From: Mustelus asterias | Taxonomy: Eukaryota | Direction: 5' to 3' | DNA: 64,000 bases | Assembly (NCBI RefSeq): GCF_964213995.1 | Contig: NC_135830.1 | Span: forward strand, 930,001-994,000 | Shown: in pieces, positions 38,425 to 52,057 of the stretch | How positions within the stretch are numbered: the first letter of the stretch is position 1 | How the letters are laid out: every line of letters starts with the position of its first letter | Program-made: the position numbers and the translations under genes | The notes under the pieces: generated by a model | What the model was told of the DNA's origin: nothing | The model's database searches: none | Seen by the model: only the letters and a program-made list of their open reading frames with translations

Positions 38425-38433
38425 CTATTTCAC
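38425..38433 (-). CDS. IgNAR: IgNAR TM2 exon coding part (VK-stop), giving a KVK cytoplasmic tail
   Basis: Strong acceptor (T-run then cctccactgtag) followed by GTG AAA TAG in phase 0, as in the canonical IgH TM2 exon. Followed by about 1.5 kb of unique AT-rich sequence with candidate AATAAA signals at 37912-37917, 36903-36908 and 36747-36752. Confidence 0.75.
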   Translation of the reverse strand: MK

Positions 38434-39124
38434 CTACAGTGGAGGAAAAAAACATTGCATTCAAACCTCGTGAGTTATTTAAGGAGACAGACGATGTACA
38501 ATCCAAGGGAACAATCCAGAGAGTACAGACACAGTATTCAATATATTAGGTATAATGGTAGTGAAAGATGAAGAGGATTCTGGATTCGGGCACCTATCAT
38601 CCACAATCAACAATCGTAACCCGAAGTAGACAAAATCTCACCAAGTCATGTGTCTTCTTAACCTTATAAATGAGAATTGAATTGTATGATTTCACTTTTA
38701 TGAATACAACACTAATTTAGAATGTTTCGGGGTGGGGGGGGGGGGAATGTGATGATTCTTCGAATAAGTGATTGTCTGTTAGCACACCTGGAGCTGTCTA
38801 TCTGGATTTGATATGATCTGAACATGCAATTTCAAATTTGATGTGATTCACCATTTTCTAAAACTTTCTGCTCACTGAATATCTGTTGGTCTGAAAAAAA
38901 TCTCAATCTCTTTCCTATGTTTGGTCAATCGCTGGATTTGAAGCAATCTGCTGTCTGGCTATCTGCACATTACATTTCCGTTTCTGTGTTATTCTGACTT
39001 ACTATTCCTATCCGCAGAACAATATATCCTCAAAAGTGTTTCCATACACAGAATGTGTCATTCCTTTATGTACAAGCTGTATGTGTCTGCATTATTGAAA
39101 TGCTTTTCATTTTCTTTTAACAAT

Positions 39125-40370
39125 CTAATGCACCACCATCGTTACTTTTGCCAGTGACCGTTTATGCTCTCTCACGCCACGACCCTCACCCCCTTCCCTC
39201 CCTCCTAGACCAAGGATGGAGTCCCCTTTGGTCTCACATTTCACCGCCCCAGCCTGCGCATGCAAAGCATAATCCTCTGCCATTTTCGCCAACTCCAGTG
39301 TGATGCCGCCAGCGAACACATCATCCCTTCACTCCCTCTGTCAGCATTCCGGAGAGACCGCTTCCTTCGGGATAACCTTGTCCACTCCTCCACTATACCC
39401 AGCACCACTGCCGTCACTCATGGCACCTGCCCATGCAATCGCAGAAGGTGTAACACTTGCCCCTTTATCTCTTCCATGCTGACCATCCAAGGGCCACAAC
39501 ACAATTTCCAGGTTAAGCAGTTTCACTTGCACCTCTTTCAATTTGCTGTATTGCATTCGCTGCTCCCAATGTGGGCCCCTCTATTTCGGAGAGACCAAGC
39601 GTAGACTGGGTGATGTCTTTGCTGTGCAACTTCAGTCTGTGTGAAATCAGGACCCTAACCAACCATTGCTTGCCATTTTAACACATGATCCTGCTCCCAT
39701 GCTCACATGTCTGTCCTTGGCCTGATGGAATGTTCCAGTGAAGCTCAACGCAAACTGGAGGAACAGCATCTCATCTTCTGGCTCGGCACTTTACAGTCTT
39801 CCGGTCTCAACATCGAATTTAGCAACTTCAGATGATTAGCTCTACCCCACCTCGAACCCTTTGTTTTCATTTTATTTAACTCTTCACTTGTTTAACACTT
39901 CACTGTTCCGTACCTTTCATTTCTTTATTGCCTTTCTTCATTTTCCTCCCCCCGGCAAATCTTTCCCCTACTTCATCCTCCCTTTCCTTACCCTTTCAAC
40001 CTTTACTTCCCCTTTTCTATATTTTAACTCTCTCCCACCCATTCCCCCCTGCCCCCATATCTCCATCTATCACAGCTTACCCTCTGATTTCAGACTATCT
40101 GCCGTTTGGCCATTCACACCCTTTATTCTCTCTATGGACTGCCATTACTCGTCTTTTCCCCTGGTTGCTGTGGCTATGGTTCATCTTTCATTCCGTCACC
40201 CTGCAGCATAAATATCTCCCACTTTCTCTGTCTTTTAGCTTTGACAAAGGGTCATCTGGATTCGAAACGTCAGCTCTTTTCTCTCCTTACAGATGCTGCT
40301 GGACCTGCTGAGATTTTCCAGCATTTTCTCTTTGGTTTCAGATTCCAGCATCCGCAGTAATTTGCTTTTA
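39125..40370 (+). mobile_element. 5'-truncated Penelope-like element, second family, frameshifted, in the TM1-TM2 intron
   Basis: PLSAFRRDRFLRDNLVHS...PCNRRRCNTCP..., then YCIRCSQCGPLYFGETK (GIY-YIG) in another frame; pyrimidine-rich 3' UTR; pLTR ending gatgctgctggacctgctgag...ttccagcatccgcagtaatttgctttt. Confidence 0.85.
40237..40275 (+). ncRNA. Variant or degenerate hammerhead motif in the second Penelope pLTR
   Basis: agct-TTGACAA-agggtc(atct)ggattc-GAAA-cg-TC-agct; the core deviates from CUGANGA. Confidence 0.45.
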
Positions 40371-42347
40371 ACCGTATATACTTCCCCTTCAGTTCTTTCC
40401 ACTTCATGAAATTTTTAAAGATGCAAGTGGCTGAATTTTCCACTTTAATGTGGCAGAGATGGCCGAAGATGCAGTAAATACGTTGATGGTTCATGAGCAG
40501 TATTATAGATACATTGAAAAATGTGCAGTATTGCATCTGGAGATAAGTGTACTAGCTGGTTTATGCATCGTGTTCTGTAGCATTATCGGAGTGGATAGTA
40601 ATATTGCAAAGAAGTAGCGAAGCATTTTTATCCGTTTATATACGCAGTCACTGCCTGATTGTTGCAAGTTGACAATCTATGTTACAAATGTGGAATTAGA
40701 CATTTAGTATGCCGACAGGAAAATAAAGTCACAGAGACTGACTTTGGAAATTGAACTGGATTATGTACTTTGTAAAGTTATCTTTAAATATCTATCTGAG
40801 AAGGCAACACTTTGGCTGCACTCTCCCTGCACAATGCAGGAACGTCGTGTCTGTGTACGAGAGGAATAGAATTAGTTAGATACTGATATAAAAAGATAGC
40901 TCGAGATTAATAAATAAAGAGGCGGCACTGATAAACAGCTGGATAATAAATATAGCGCGTGGGAAAGAAACAGTTGGAATTTGAAGGTTTAATTGTTCAT
41001 AATTCCATGCCTAACTACGTGCATAATTCCAGACATATCCGTTGTCTTGATCTCTGTGCAAAATAGTCGCTCTCCTCCAGGATTATAGAGAGAGATTTAG
41101 AGAATGAAATCTTTGGATCAAGTTTATATTAAAAATAACAGATAAGTGAATAAACATTTCGGCAAATAGAAAGATTATTACTGATTAATAGAGAGAAACA
41201 TGTGTTAAGTACATGAATTCATTTACTGAGTGCTTTTAACCTCAAATATAACGTCCGAAGTACCTTTCGGGCCGAGAAATGATTACAGACTATGCAATTT
41301 TCCATCTACAGATCACGGCAGTCAATTTGTAAACAGCACACTGCAACAATTTTCAATGTGAAAATAACCACTTCAGCTTGTTTTCTATATTAAGTGAAAT
41401 ATAAATGTTTGCCGGGACACCGAGGACAGCCCCCCAGCTTTTTTAAACATAAGGCCAGAGGATGGTTTACGTCTGCCTGATGTTAAATATCTCACGATAG
41501 AAGGGGCCAACATTTCCATTCAATAAAGATTACAAAATAAATAGATGTTGAGTTCCTTGGAACTCAAAAAATGTAAACATATTGAGGAAAAGCTAGATTT
41601 AGTAAGCTCAGACAATCTCGAGGAAAGCAGTTATCCCAGGAGGCAGTCAGTCTGAAAATCCAGTGCTCAAAATATTCGTAAGTGAATAGTCATCTGTTAG
41701 TTTAGGAAATGCTGAGGATACAGAAATCCTCTGAGATTATTGCATATTCAGATCTCTTTGCAGGGCTTGGCCTGGTGCTGCCAAATGCTCCTGCACGGCA
41801 CTTTGGGGAATTTATAAAACAACGATGAAATCGCCAAGTGTAAAAATGAAATGCCTGAGGGAAGTTGGTCGTCAAATTGACTGGTGTTTCTGCAACAAGA
41901 AACACGAGTTTCTCATGGCAGGTTGTCTCAGTGGTGCGAAGGTGAGTAACATCACTGCATACTGAAGATAATATTGTGAAGTGAAAAAATTCACAGTCCA
42001 TTTTTCAGGCAATCATCTGAGGGGAAGTAACGATGAAAGTACTCTGGAAGTAGCATCGACATCTGCAGAAAAACATTGAAGAAAGCAATCTCTCGATTAC
42101 ACCCTGTGTTCAGGGATAGTCAGTGCAGGAGCAGTGAAGTAAAATATTTTAACATGTGAGCTGTGAATTTTTTGAACAGATGTTTCACATTGCAAGGGCA
42201 TTGGCATCAGTTTGGGGTCGGTCGAAATATGGCACACCTCCAGGGTTGCAACTAATTTACCCGCAAGAATATTCAGAAATGCCGTGGCAGAAAGTTTCAG
42301 CTAATATGGAAGAGAAGGGCTAACAAGACACATCAAATGAAGAATTA

Positions 42348-42790
42348 GATGACAAGTGTAAGATGGAAGGATTTAGCTTCTGGAGGCATTGGAACCGATT
42401 CTCGAGAAGGTGCGACCTGTACAAGCGGCATGGGCTGCATTCCAGCAGAAAAAAAACAATCAGGATCCTCGATTGGTTATTTGCGTGTAATGCTGGGAAT
42501 GGGAACCTGTGCGTGGAGACAGGAGAGTGGCAAACAAAGATAGAATTGAAATAAATAAAATAAAGCAAAGATAGAAGGTTGCAAGTGAGGCCATTGTACA
42601 AAATATCGCGTGTAAAATGTTAGAAGGACTTGTTAGAAGGACCAGCATTACTCGCAAATCAACAATCGAGGATCCTGATTATTTTCTTTCTGCTGGAGTG
42701 CAGCCCATGCCGCTTATATAGGTCGCCCCTTCTCGAGAATCGGTTCCAATGCCTCCAGAAGCTAAATCCTTCCATCTTACACTTGTCATC
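42348..42790. repeat. Inverted repeat: 149-bp arms (42348-42496, 42642-42790), 145-bp spacer
   Basis: Arm 2 is the reverse complement of arm 1 with about 9 mismatches counted by eye. Confidence 0.9.
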
Positions 42791-44139
42791 GAAAAGCACT
42801 ACATCTGATTGCACTGATCATTCACAGTAATGAAGCTGAATTAACAGGCAAATAGATATAACCGGGTATGATATCATTGTGATCACAGATAGCTGCAGAG
42901 TGGCCAATGTTTGGAAGTGAATGAACAAGTGTTCTCGATGTTTAGGAAAGATAGACATAAAGGGAAAGAGATGACAGGTGTTGGTAGTTAAGGATTAAAT
43001 CAGTGCATTACCCGAGAGGGTATTAGGTCAGAAAATCTAAAAGTTGAATCAGTCTGGGTGGAGATAAGAAGCAACAAGGGGCAGATAAATAGTCTGAGTT
43101 TTCTACAAGCCTCCAAATAGTAATGACAAAGTTGAGGGTGGCATTTAAACAAGGAATATGAGATATACGTAACAATGGGTGCTACAGTAATCATGGGTGA
43201 CTTTAACCTGCACATAGATTGAGCTAATAAAATTAGCAGCAATACTGTGGCTGATGAATTCCTGGAGTGTGTACGATTTTCCTTTTTCCCAGAAAAAGGG
43301 AAAATTAAATTACGTACCTTCACGCCAGTAGTGGAGGAAGTTTCAAATACCATTACTCAAGTGTGGTCACCAATGTTGAGTCGTATCCTTCAGCATGTTT
43401 AGACTTAGGTAGAACAGCAATAATATTAACCAGAATAGTATCAGGAATGAAAGTCGACAGCTATGGGGAGACAATGGAGAATAATAGGACAGGGGTGTTT
43501 CTGAGGAATTTTAAGTAATAAATGGAAACAACTTCCCATGACGGAATTGACACCACGGGGGAAACATCTGAATTGCACCAATCTCCAACATATTTATTAA
43601 CGAGTTATGATGAAGGAGAGCCACAAACAAAAGTTGCTGACAATGTAATGGTAAACAGATGTAGATATGATGCAGAGTGGAAATAATCTTTGCAAATGTG
43701 AGAATGGGGTCAGAGGGTGCTCAATGGTATATGAAATCCCTTATAGTAACGTGATGACATCGAGTTTGAAACAAAAAATTGAAGTCCTAGTTATGTTATA
43801 AACAATTAGATGATTGAAACTGTCGAGGATCTGAGATGTTTAGCTTTCCTTTCACATGAATCTACAAAGCTAAATGGCAATGGTTACAATAGCTAAAAGA
43901 CAAATTGAGCATTTGTTTTGACTCCGGGTGGGGGGAGGTCTGATACAAGGAGGTAGAAGTTTTGCTTCAGTTGTATAAATCACTGGTTATCGAGTTCAGG
44001 TCTGGGGAGAAACAACCCAGGAAGTACTTAGAGGAATACAACACAAGTTCTCCAGAATGACACCGGAAATTAAGGAGTTAACATTATGCCGACATGACTT
44101 CATATTCGGCTTCCTTTGCCATGGAAGTTACAGGCTGGT

Positions 44140-44460
44140 CTCATAGAATCCGTACAGTGCAGGAGGCCATTCGGTCTATTTAAATTACACCGACTCCCTG
44201 ACATAATATCTTACCCTGACCCTCTCCCCGTTTACTGGGCGAATTCATTTAACCTACATATCTTGGGACACTAAGAGACAATTTTGCATGGCAAGTCTAC
44301 TTAAACTGCATACTTCTGGATTGTGCAAGGAAACTGGTGCATCCGGTGGAAACCGACACAGACACAAGTAGAATGTGAAAATTATATGCACAAAGTCGCC
44401 CAAGGATGGAATTAAACCTGGGTCCCTGGCGCTGTGAGGCAGCAGTGCTAACTACTGTGG
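44140..44460 (-). mobile_element. HE1-like SINE (older copy)
   Basis: tcatagaatccgtacagtgcaggaggccattcgg ... gtccctggcgctgtgaggcagcagtgctaactactgtg. Confidence 0.85.
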
Positions 44461-45716
44461 AATCGTTTCACTGAATTTAATGATAGCAATTGATATGTCT
44501 TTTAATGTAGACATTTTCTCTGGAGAAATACGAGAAAAGCTCGGAAATAAACCTAAAACTCACCTTTGTTTTCTGGGATGACGTCAGAAAAATGTTCTTC
44601 ACACATTGAGTGGACAGAATTTGTAACTCTTCCCACGCAAAACAAAAGCAAACAAACTGATGTGGCTCGGCCAGCTTCGTTTTGAAAACGGAGCTTCATA
44701 GACTTTTTTTAAGTAAGCATATTAATAAAGCTGGTGACGATGTGTTATTAATCAGTTAAAATACTGAACAGCCATTATAAATGTGTGGTGGACGAGGTAA
44801 AACAGCCAATTTTCAAAATTCCCATTTTCTTTGCCTGGACATAAACTTTCTATGTTTAATTCCATTTACTTCGCTTTGATCTGAGAATGATATAATATCT
44901 GTTTGATTGCTTGTTGTTTTCATGCCCACAGATTGCCGTCTCCTACTGGTTGTCTATCAAGTTGGAGGCTGATATTTTTTCCAATACTTCTGTTGTCAAT
45001 GTTTTTTTGTCATCTGTCAACAATTTTCTCATCTCCCATCCTTCCATCAGAAATGTTTACCTCGTCTATCCAACATGCCGCAAGATTTCCTCAGCTACCC
45101 TTTCCTCATCATTTCATAATGATACAGCTCGCAATTTGTCAGTCAGTGTTTTCCTCACCCATTCACAATATTCTAAATTCCATCCTTCCATTATCAAGAA
45201 TTTCCACGTATTTTCACATTGATCCATCTCCTCTCATCCTGGAATCAATGCTTTCTTCATCTCTGCACAAAGATCCACATCGCCATGTGAAGGCATTGTT
45301 TGCAGATTCACCTCTCAATAGACGAGACTGCTGACATATCATTCTCAATGCTACTTGCTTTTTTCACGACATCACTAATTGGATCATTACTCAGAAACAT
45401 CATTTTTGTACGTGTCTAATGATTTGCAATCTGGATTCAATGTATTTATTCATTATTTACTGATTTCCCGTTTTCCCTCTAATGTCCGGATGCATTCCAT
45501 CTTCTCTTTAATCTTCATGTTCTGGAGGTTTATGAATTATTTCAATGCATCACACGGGAACGAACATTAAATTCAATTGAGAGAGTGGTAACGGTACAAA
45601 TTGTGTGTATGCTGGAATATTTAGTGAACCATTTGTGCTTCAGCAATATAGGGGAATGACCTCAATTTATGAACATATATTTACAATGTTACTGTACAAT
45701 TGTGGGCCATTATTAC

Positions 45717-45874
45717 CTTGACGGCGGTCACATATGCGCTGTACATCATACTGAGAACGAACAAGATGACGAAGGCAACTACTGTTGATGAAGTGCTGAG
45801 ATTTTCATCAAAGTTTTCCAATCCGTCTTCCACTACCACTTGGTTATCCACTAATTCCGTTATTGGAGAGGTTT
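45717..45874 (-). CDS. IgNAR: IgNAR transmembrane exon TM1
   Basis: Acceptor ttgattatag|AA (phase 1, compatible with the C5 internal donor and the C3 donor) and donor AAG|gtaata (phase 0). ETSPITELVDNQVVVEDGLENFDENLSTSSTVVAFVILFVLSMMYSAYVTAVK: acidic spacer plus the antigen-receptor TM motif F..LF.LS..YS..VT. Confidence 0.9.
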
Positions 45875-47539
45875 CTATAATCAATAGATGAATATTTTTG
45901 TCAATTGAATCATGTTGAAAATAGACTAGGTATAACTCATTGTTGCATTGTATACTGAAATAATGGAACATGAAAAGGCCTGAAGACGATTGAGATAAAT
46001 TTGAGAAAACATGGAGATACGTGTTGGTTGGCAATAATTGAAGGCTAATAGGGCACAGAGGGCAGGTGAATTATTTTAAATGACATGTGTGTGTCTCCTT
46101 CCCACATTCCCGTGAAAAGAGACAATCACACGCGTTGCATTTTACTTCATTTTTTTCAGCCGTCATCATCAAAATCTATTTATAAGCTGAACTCGATTCC
46201 ATTCTGAACAGAAGGGTTGAGTGGGGCTCAAATCGTGTGCTGTTCACATGCTAAGTTAACATGAGAACTGAATATTAGAACTGGGAATGAGTCATTTTGC
46301 AGCTGAAGATTTGAGGGCTTCTAATTAGTGCAGATTGTCTTCGCATCTGTTAGGTTATTGACATTTTACGGCAAAAGTCACTCATAGGATAAACTATTTC
46401 ACGCGACTGCAAACCGGCAAAGTATGTCTACTTCTGCACAATGGCGTTCAACAATGCCCATTGTCATTGGAGTTATTTGTTACTCATAATATTAGAATTG
46501 CCATACGGCCAGACTTTGTAACGCTGTTCTGACATATTACAGTTACATTTCTCTGTTGACTAGGTTAGTGAGATCTCATGGAATCTGTACGTTTCTCTAT
46601 AATGGCTCTAGTATTTAGTCATTGAAAAATTCTCAGGTGTGGATGCACTGTCTTTTTTTTATGGGTTTCTGAATTACAAAGGGCATCAACAATTCTCTCA
46701 ATCTCCTGAAGGCATCACTACGATCAAAGTCGATTTTTTCAAAGTGCTATTTTGGATAATGCTGGTCGATATTTTCCAGAGGGTGTAATGGTTTTATGCT
46801 TGCATTAATGTTTACAGTTACTTGTAAAGCATCATAATCTTAGCATTAACTGCCCTACGGCAGGTTTTATTTTGTCATTTTGTTCGAAATTTAATATTAT
46901 ATAATTTAATATCTTCTGGAACATGAAAGTTTATTGAACTGCCATGCCACATGTTCTAAATAACAGTGTTAGGAAGGGAAAATGCCACTTCAAAACAAGG
47001 CCTTCCAATAATGCAAGATAAACGTGACTGCTGCTCCTACTAGACATGCTCGACACTGAGCCATACCAAACTACATGCCCTTTAATAGTGTGAGCGAATG
47101 AAACAGAGTAAGATCCAGCGACCTGGTGGTGGATCAGTAATAGAGTAAAACAGCTGTGTATCCTGTTCAGCCGAATGTAAATCAACGTAAGTACACAGAT
47201 ACAAATTGTATTCACTATATTTGATTAGTTGAACTTTTGTCAAGTAGGCGTTTGTCACCGTGTAAAATATTTCACCCAGACAATGCGGCATGGATAGATG
47301 GGCCAAATATCCTTATTCTGTGCTGGATAAATTCCACTCAATCTAAAGCTACCAAACCCATTAGACGAGTGTTTCCCTCACACAGCGAGACATCCCCCAG
47401 CATGGAGAAACACCACAGCACAAACAGCAGCAGCAACAATTACTGGAGGCACAGTGTCTCAGCAATATCTGTTTAACTCTTCGTCAGTTAAGGCAGGTAG
47501 ACACAGCTAGTCACTTCAACACTTGTTCTCCAACCTGCG

Positions 47540-47970
47540 CGCACATGCATTATTGTATATCCCAGCTGACATTGATGAATTAATGGATTCCTGCACTGTT
47601 TCTGAGCCAAGACATTAAGTTCCATGAGAATACACTCTCCAGGAGGGAGCAATGCAATGATCCCTGATTTGCATAATTTCTTGTCTGCAAAGTTTATTCC
47701 GTATCTTAAGAATGCGAGGAATATTCATGCATTGGCTGGTAAAGAGATTTCCTGACATATGCCATTGGTGTCAGTGCATTTTCCAACATCACGAAATCAA
47801 TAATGAACTGATGCACCATGGGAATGAGAAGCAGCTCTACTGTTTGTGGCAAGGAATCAAGCAGCTGATTCCCTCGAAATATTCAGCTGTTCATGCTTCC
47901 CCTTGCCGTTGCATAAACTGACAGATGCTGTACTCTGTTTTACATCATGTGAGTTTAGCCAGGTGACGAT
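47540..47970. promoter_or_regulatory. Candidate B-cell enhancer (octamer plus E-box cluster) in the C5-TM1 intron
   Basis: ATTTGCAT at 47667-47674 and eight CANNTG boxes (47542, 47563, 47756, 47862, 47884, 47922, 47946, 47960) in non-repetitive sequence. Confidence 0.4.
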
Positions 47971-48764
47971 CATGGCAACATATAAATATGTTGCTTCATA
48001 GGTCGTCATTCATTGGTTGCCGAAGGTTTTTAAGCAAACAATTTCATTTTAAATTGTTCCTGTTAAATCTGTACAGCAGATTTACCTCTCATAAGATGTG
48101 ACAAAAATAAAGCCATGTTGCAATTAATGGGACGTCAGTGAATACAATGCTGCTATAGGCCATACATTGGGAGGGATCGCTGCTCCAGCAATTCACCAAA
48201 AGAATATTCAACATGCAATCGGTTCAGGCCAGGAAGAAATGTTTCGATTAAAACACTGCACTATTATGGCTGTAGCAATACAAAGAATGTCGAGCTGCAT
48301 TAGTCACCTTGATGAAAGGGCAAAATGTTGGATAGGATCTTGAATGAAACAACTTCTGAGGCAGAAATTTCTTCAATATCCACGATAGAATCTGGGCCTT
48401 TAACGACAGGGTGATACATTCAAAGTCAATCCATATTCCAAATTCGACATTTGGAGCTTGCATACATCAGTAGTTCAATGCGCAACAACATCAAGTTCCA
48501 TTTTTACAGCATTTTAAGAGCTGTAAAAGGCTCCAAATTGCTTTTTGTGGCCATCATCCCACAAGCTTTGTTGCCGAGTCAAATAAGCGGACAAGAGCTT
48601 AAGTGAATGAACACTTTGCAAAATAATGGTGATTTATAGATCTTGTTAAATTAAGAGTTTAGACTGGAGGACACGTATAGCAATGCAATTCTATTCCGTC
48701 GGACTTGGACAACTGAAATCAGAAAGCTTTATCTACCCGTACACATGGAAAGATAGTGATAATA

Positions 48765-50160
48765 TAGAAACATAAAATAGAAGCAGCAGTAAGCCATTAG
48801 TCTCTTAGACCCTGCTCCGCCATTCATTTTCATCATTGCTGATCATCAAATTCAATAACCTGATCCCCCTACCACCCATAACCCTTGATACCGTTAGCCC
48901 CAAGAGATATTTAATTTGTCCTTGAAATCACGCAACGTTTTGACCTCAACCACTTACTGTGGTAATAAATTCCACAGATACACCATTCGCTGTGTGATAA
49001 AATTTCTCCTCAACTCTGTCTCAAAAGGCCCTTATCCTCAAACTAGTAAACTTAGTCTGAACTCACCCACCATTGGGAATATTCTTTCTGAATCCACTCT
49101 GTTAGAATTTTATAAGTAACTATGAGATCCCCTCTCATGATTCTGAACTTCAATTAATATAATTCTCACAGACATAGACACTCCTCATATGACAGACATG
49201 CCATCCCAGGAATCAGCCCGGTAAAGCTTTGGTGCACTGCCACTATAGATAAGGACACCAACACTGTACAGTTCTCCAGGTGTGGCGTGACCAACGCCCT
49301 ATACTTTTGCAGCAAACATCCCTATCCCTATTCTCAGATCTTCTCGCTGTGAAGGCAAACACAGCATTTGGTTTCTTTACTGCCTGCTGCACCTGTGTGC
49401 TTACTTTCAGAGACTGCTACACGAGGACACCAAGGTGTCGCTGAGTATTTACCTCTCCCAATTTACATCTATTCAAATAATAGTCTGCCTCCCTATTATT
49501 GGATATATGGAAAGCCTCACATTCACTCACACTATACTATAATGCATCGGCCATGCATATGCCCATTCACTCAGTCGGTCCTACTCACGCTGAAGCTTCA
49601 CTGCATCCTCCTTACAGCTCAACAGCCCCCAAACACCCGAATTTTATCATCTGCACATTTGGAGATAAAACGTTTATTTTTCTCTTCCAAATCATTAATA
49701 TAAAATATGAACAGTTTCAGTCCTAGCATTGATCCCCACTTATTCCCACTTGTCACATCCAGCCGAGGGGAAAAAAGACCAATTTATGCCAGCATGTTGC
49801 TCCCAGTCTGCTAACCGGCTTTCTATCCATCTCAAGACAATATCCACAATCCATGCACATTAACTTTATATAGTAGTCCATTTTGTTAGACCTTGTCCAG
49901 GGCCTTCTGAAATTACAAATATAGCACATCCACCAGTTCTCCTTGGTCATCTTTTCTGGTTACATCCTACAAGAATTCCAACAGGCTCGTCAAGCATGAT
50001 TTCCCGTTCGTAAATCCATGCTCACTTTGTCTGATTATACCACTGTTTTCAAATGTTGTGCTATGAAGCCCTTGGTAATGAACTCTGGCAACTGCCTCAG
50101 TCCTGGCGTTAGGCTGCTTGGTCTATAGTTCCCTATTTTCTCTCTCCCTCCCTTTCAAAA
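48765..50160 (-). mobile_element. Decayed CR1/L2-type LINE fragment in the C5-TM1 intron
   Basis: tagaaacataaaatagaagcagcagtaagccatt tail; caagcatgatttcccgttcgtaaatccatg (QHGF region); ggtctatagttccc (NYRP). Confidence 0.75.
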
Positions 50161-51748
50161 TAGTAACTTGGTAAAACAGAGGTTTTAGCAATGGTGAGCC
50201 ATTAGAACGTTCATCAATTATTGAAAAAAATTATGTTCACCAATGTGATAAGATAAGGAAATCTGCCATCCTTCCATGATGTGTCCTCCAAGTGATTTCA
50301 GACGCACAGCAATTTTTCACTCATAACTGCCCTCTGCCATGGTCTAGAAAATGACATGCAAGGGCAACTTGTGGTGGGCAACCAATATTGGCCTTCCCAG
50401 CGACTTCCCATGAAATAATAAAATAGAAAGAAAACGAGGATCGATACAAGTTCTGAATTGGAGGCACATCGAGTTTGGAGAGGAGTGATTAACTCAAGAA
50501 CGGGATTGGAAAAGCCTGCTTGATTGGCAATGCGTTCACATTTCCAAACAATTTCTTTCCCCTCACTCTGATGCGCAGTGGCAGCAGTGTGGACGTTCTA
50601 CAGCAAACACTGCAACCACTCCCCATGGGTCCTTAGATAGCTGCTTCCAAACCCAAGATCTCTACCGCATAATGGACAACAGCGACAGACGCAAAGGACG
50701 TTCACCACTACAAAATCACCCTGGAAGTTACACACCATCTGTTTCTGGATCAAAATCCTATAATACCTTACAGCGACGTGCGCCCGCATACACCATATGT
50801 GTACACCAAATGGCTCGCCACCATCATCTCAAGGGAAATTACGGATGAGCAACAGATTCTGGTCATTCCAGCAGCATTAACAAATCCAGAAGGAATACAA
50901 TAAACTGTTGACAGAGCATAGAAGCCATGGACAGATTTAAAAACAGGAGTTACAATTTTCAAGTCACGTTGCTATTAGACATTGGAGGCATTAGAGGCGA
51001 ACAGGCACAGGGTGACAGATTAATAGGTATATGCAATGAATTAGGAAGGGGATGAAAACTTTTGGATGGTTCTGGTTGGAATCGGTAACATGAGAATGAG
51101 TCTTCAGTGGGTACACAGACTATAATTTTGCTGCTCTCGAAATTAAACTCATGATTTGACAGTCTCTGTCCATCTAATGCTGCGCCAAATATGCAACGTC
51201 AAAAATGAGGAGCAGTGGAGCGTATAGACAGAACGCAATGTGATAGTGCTGGTTGGCATTTGTAAGCAAGTGCAATGTAAAAAAGTGGCTTTGAATTTGG
51301 TGATTGAGAAGCAGCATCCAGTTGTAGAATGTGAGGGGATTAATGTTGTGGAAACAGAAGGCATTTCACTGAAACAGGTTGCCTTTCTCGAACTGGATTA
51401 AACAGAGTTACACCAGACAACCAGTGTTGGTGAATGAATGTCAGTATATAGGTTGAACAGATGTTCCTCCACCTTCATTCATTCCATTCTATGGGTAAAA
51501 GCTTTATGGTCAAGGAATAAATCACAATATCACTTGTCAGTGCAGCTGCCAAGAATGCTTAAAGTTTAGTTTGATCAGGTGGCAGAAGCCCTAAGTTTTT
51601 TTTTAAGTGGGTAAACACAAAGGTATTGCACAGTTGGAACTTTGCAGCATAGACATAATTTATCTTTTCCTGAAAATATAAATCATCAGCCCAAATATAT
51701 CACACACATAAACCATGAATAGGCAAGTCCGAAAGTTTTCATTTTGCA

Positions 51749-51754
51749 TTTATT
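51749..51754 (-). terminator. Candidate polyadenylation signal (AATAAA) for secreted IgNAR mRNA
   Basis: tttatt on the plus strand, about 300 nt downstream of the secretory stop codon. Confidence 0.6.
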
Positions 51755-52057
51755 GCATCTTGTTAGGCTTATACATATCGAAAAAGGACACTGAAACCTC
51801 CAAGAGGTCTTTGACAAAATGACAACTTGTATCAAATATTACGAAGCTTATTTGAGGATATCAGATTCTAAACACAATTACCCTTCATTGAATGGTATCG
51901 TTTATGTGTTAGCAAAATGACAAAGCAAGTATTTGCTGCTCTAAAGCGTGATTGTGCCTTCATATGATTGGGAGATTTGCTGGTTCCAATTATCAAAAAA
52001 ATATGAACCGAAAGGTGGTGACACTTTTACAGAAAATAACAATTCAATCGTGGCGGG

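Larger units (their letters stand above)
42330..44620 (+). mobile_element. Heavily decayed CR1 (ORF1 C-terminus, APE and RT remnants)
   Basis: EGFSFWRHWNRFSRRCDLYKRHGLH (esterase end), VIMGDFNLHID (APE), 3' remnants. Confidence 0.7.

Noticed and set aside
45681-46034. 117-aa standalone membrane protein ORF
   Set aside because: Only 45717-45874 is bounded by splice sites and shows Ig TM features; the flanks are intron.
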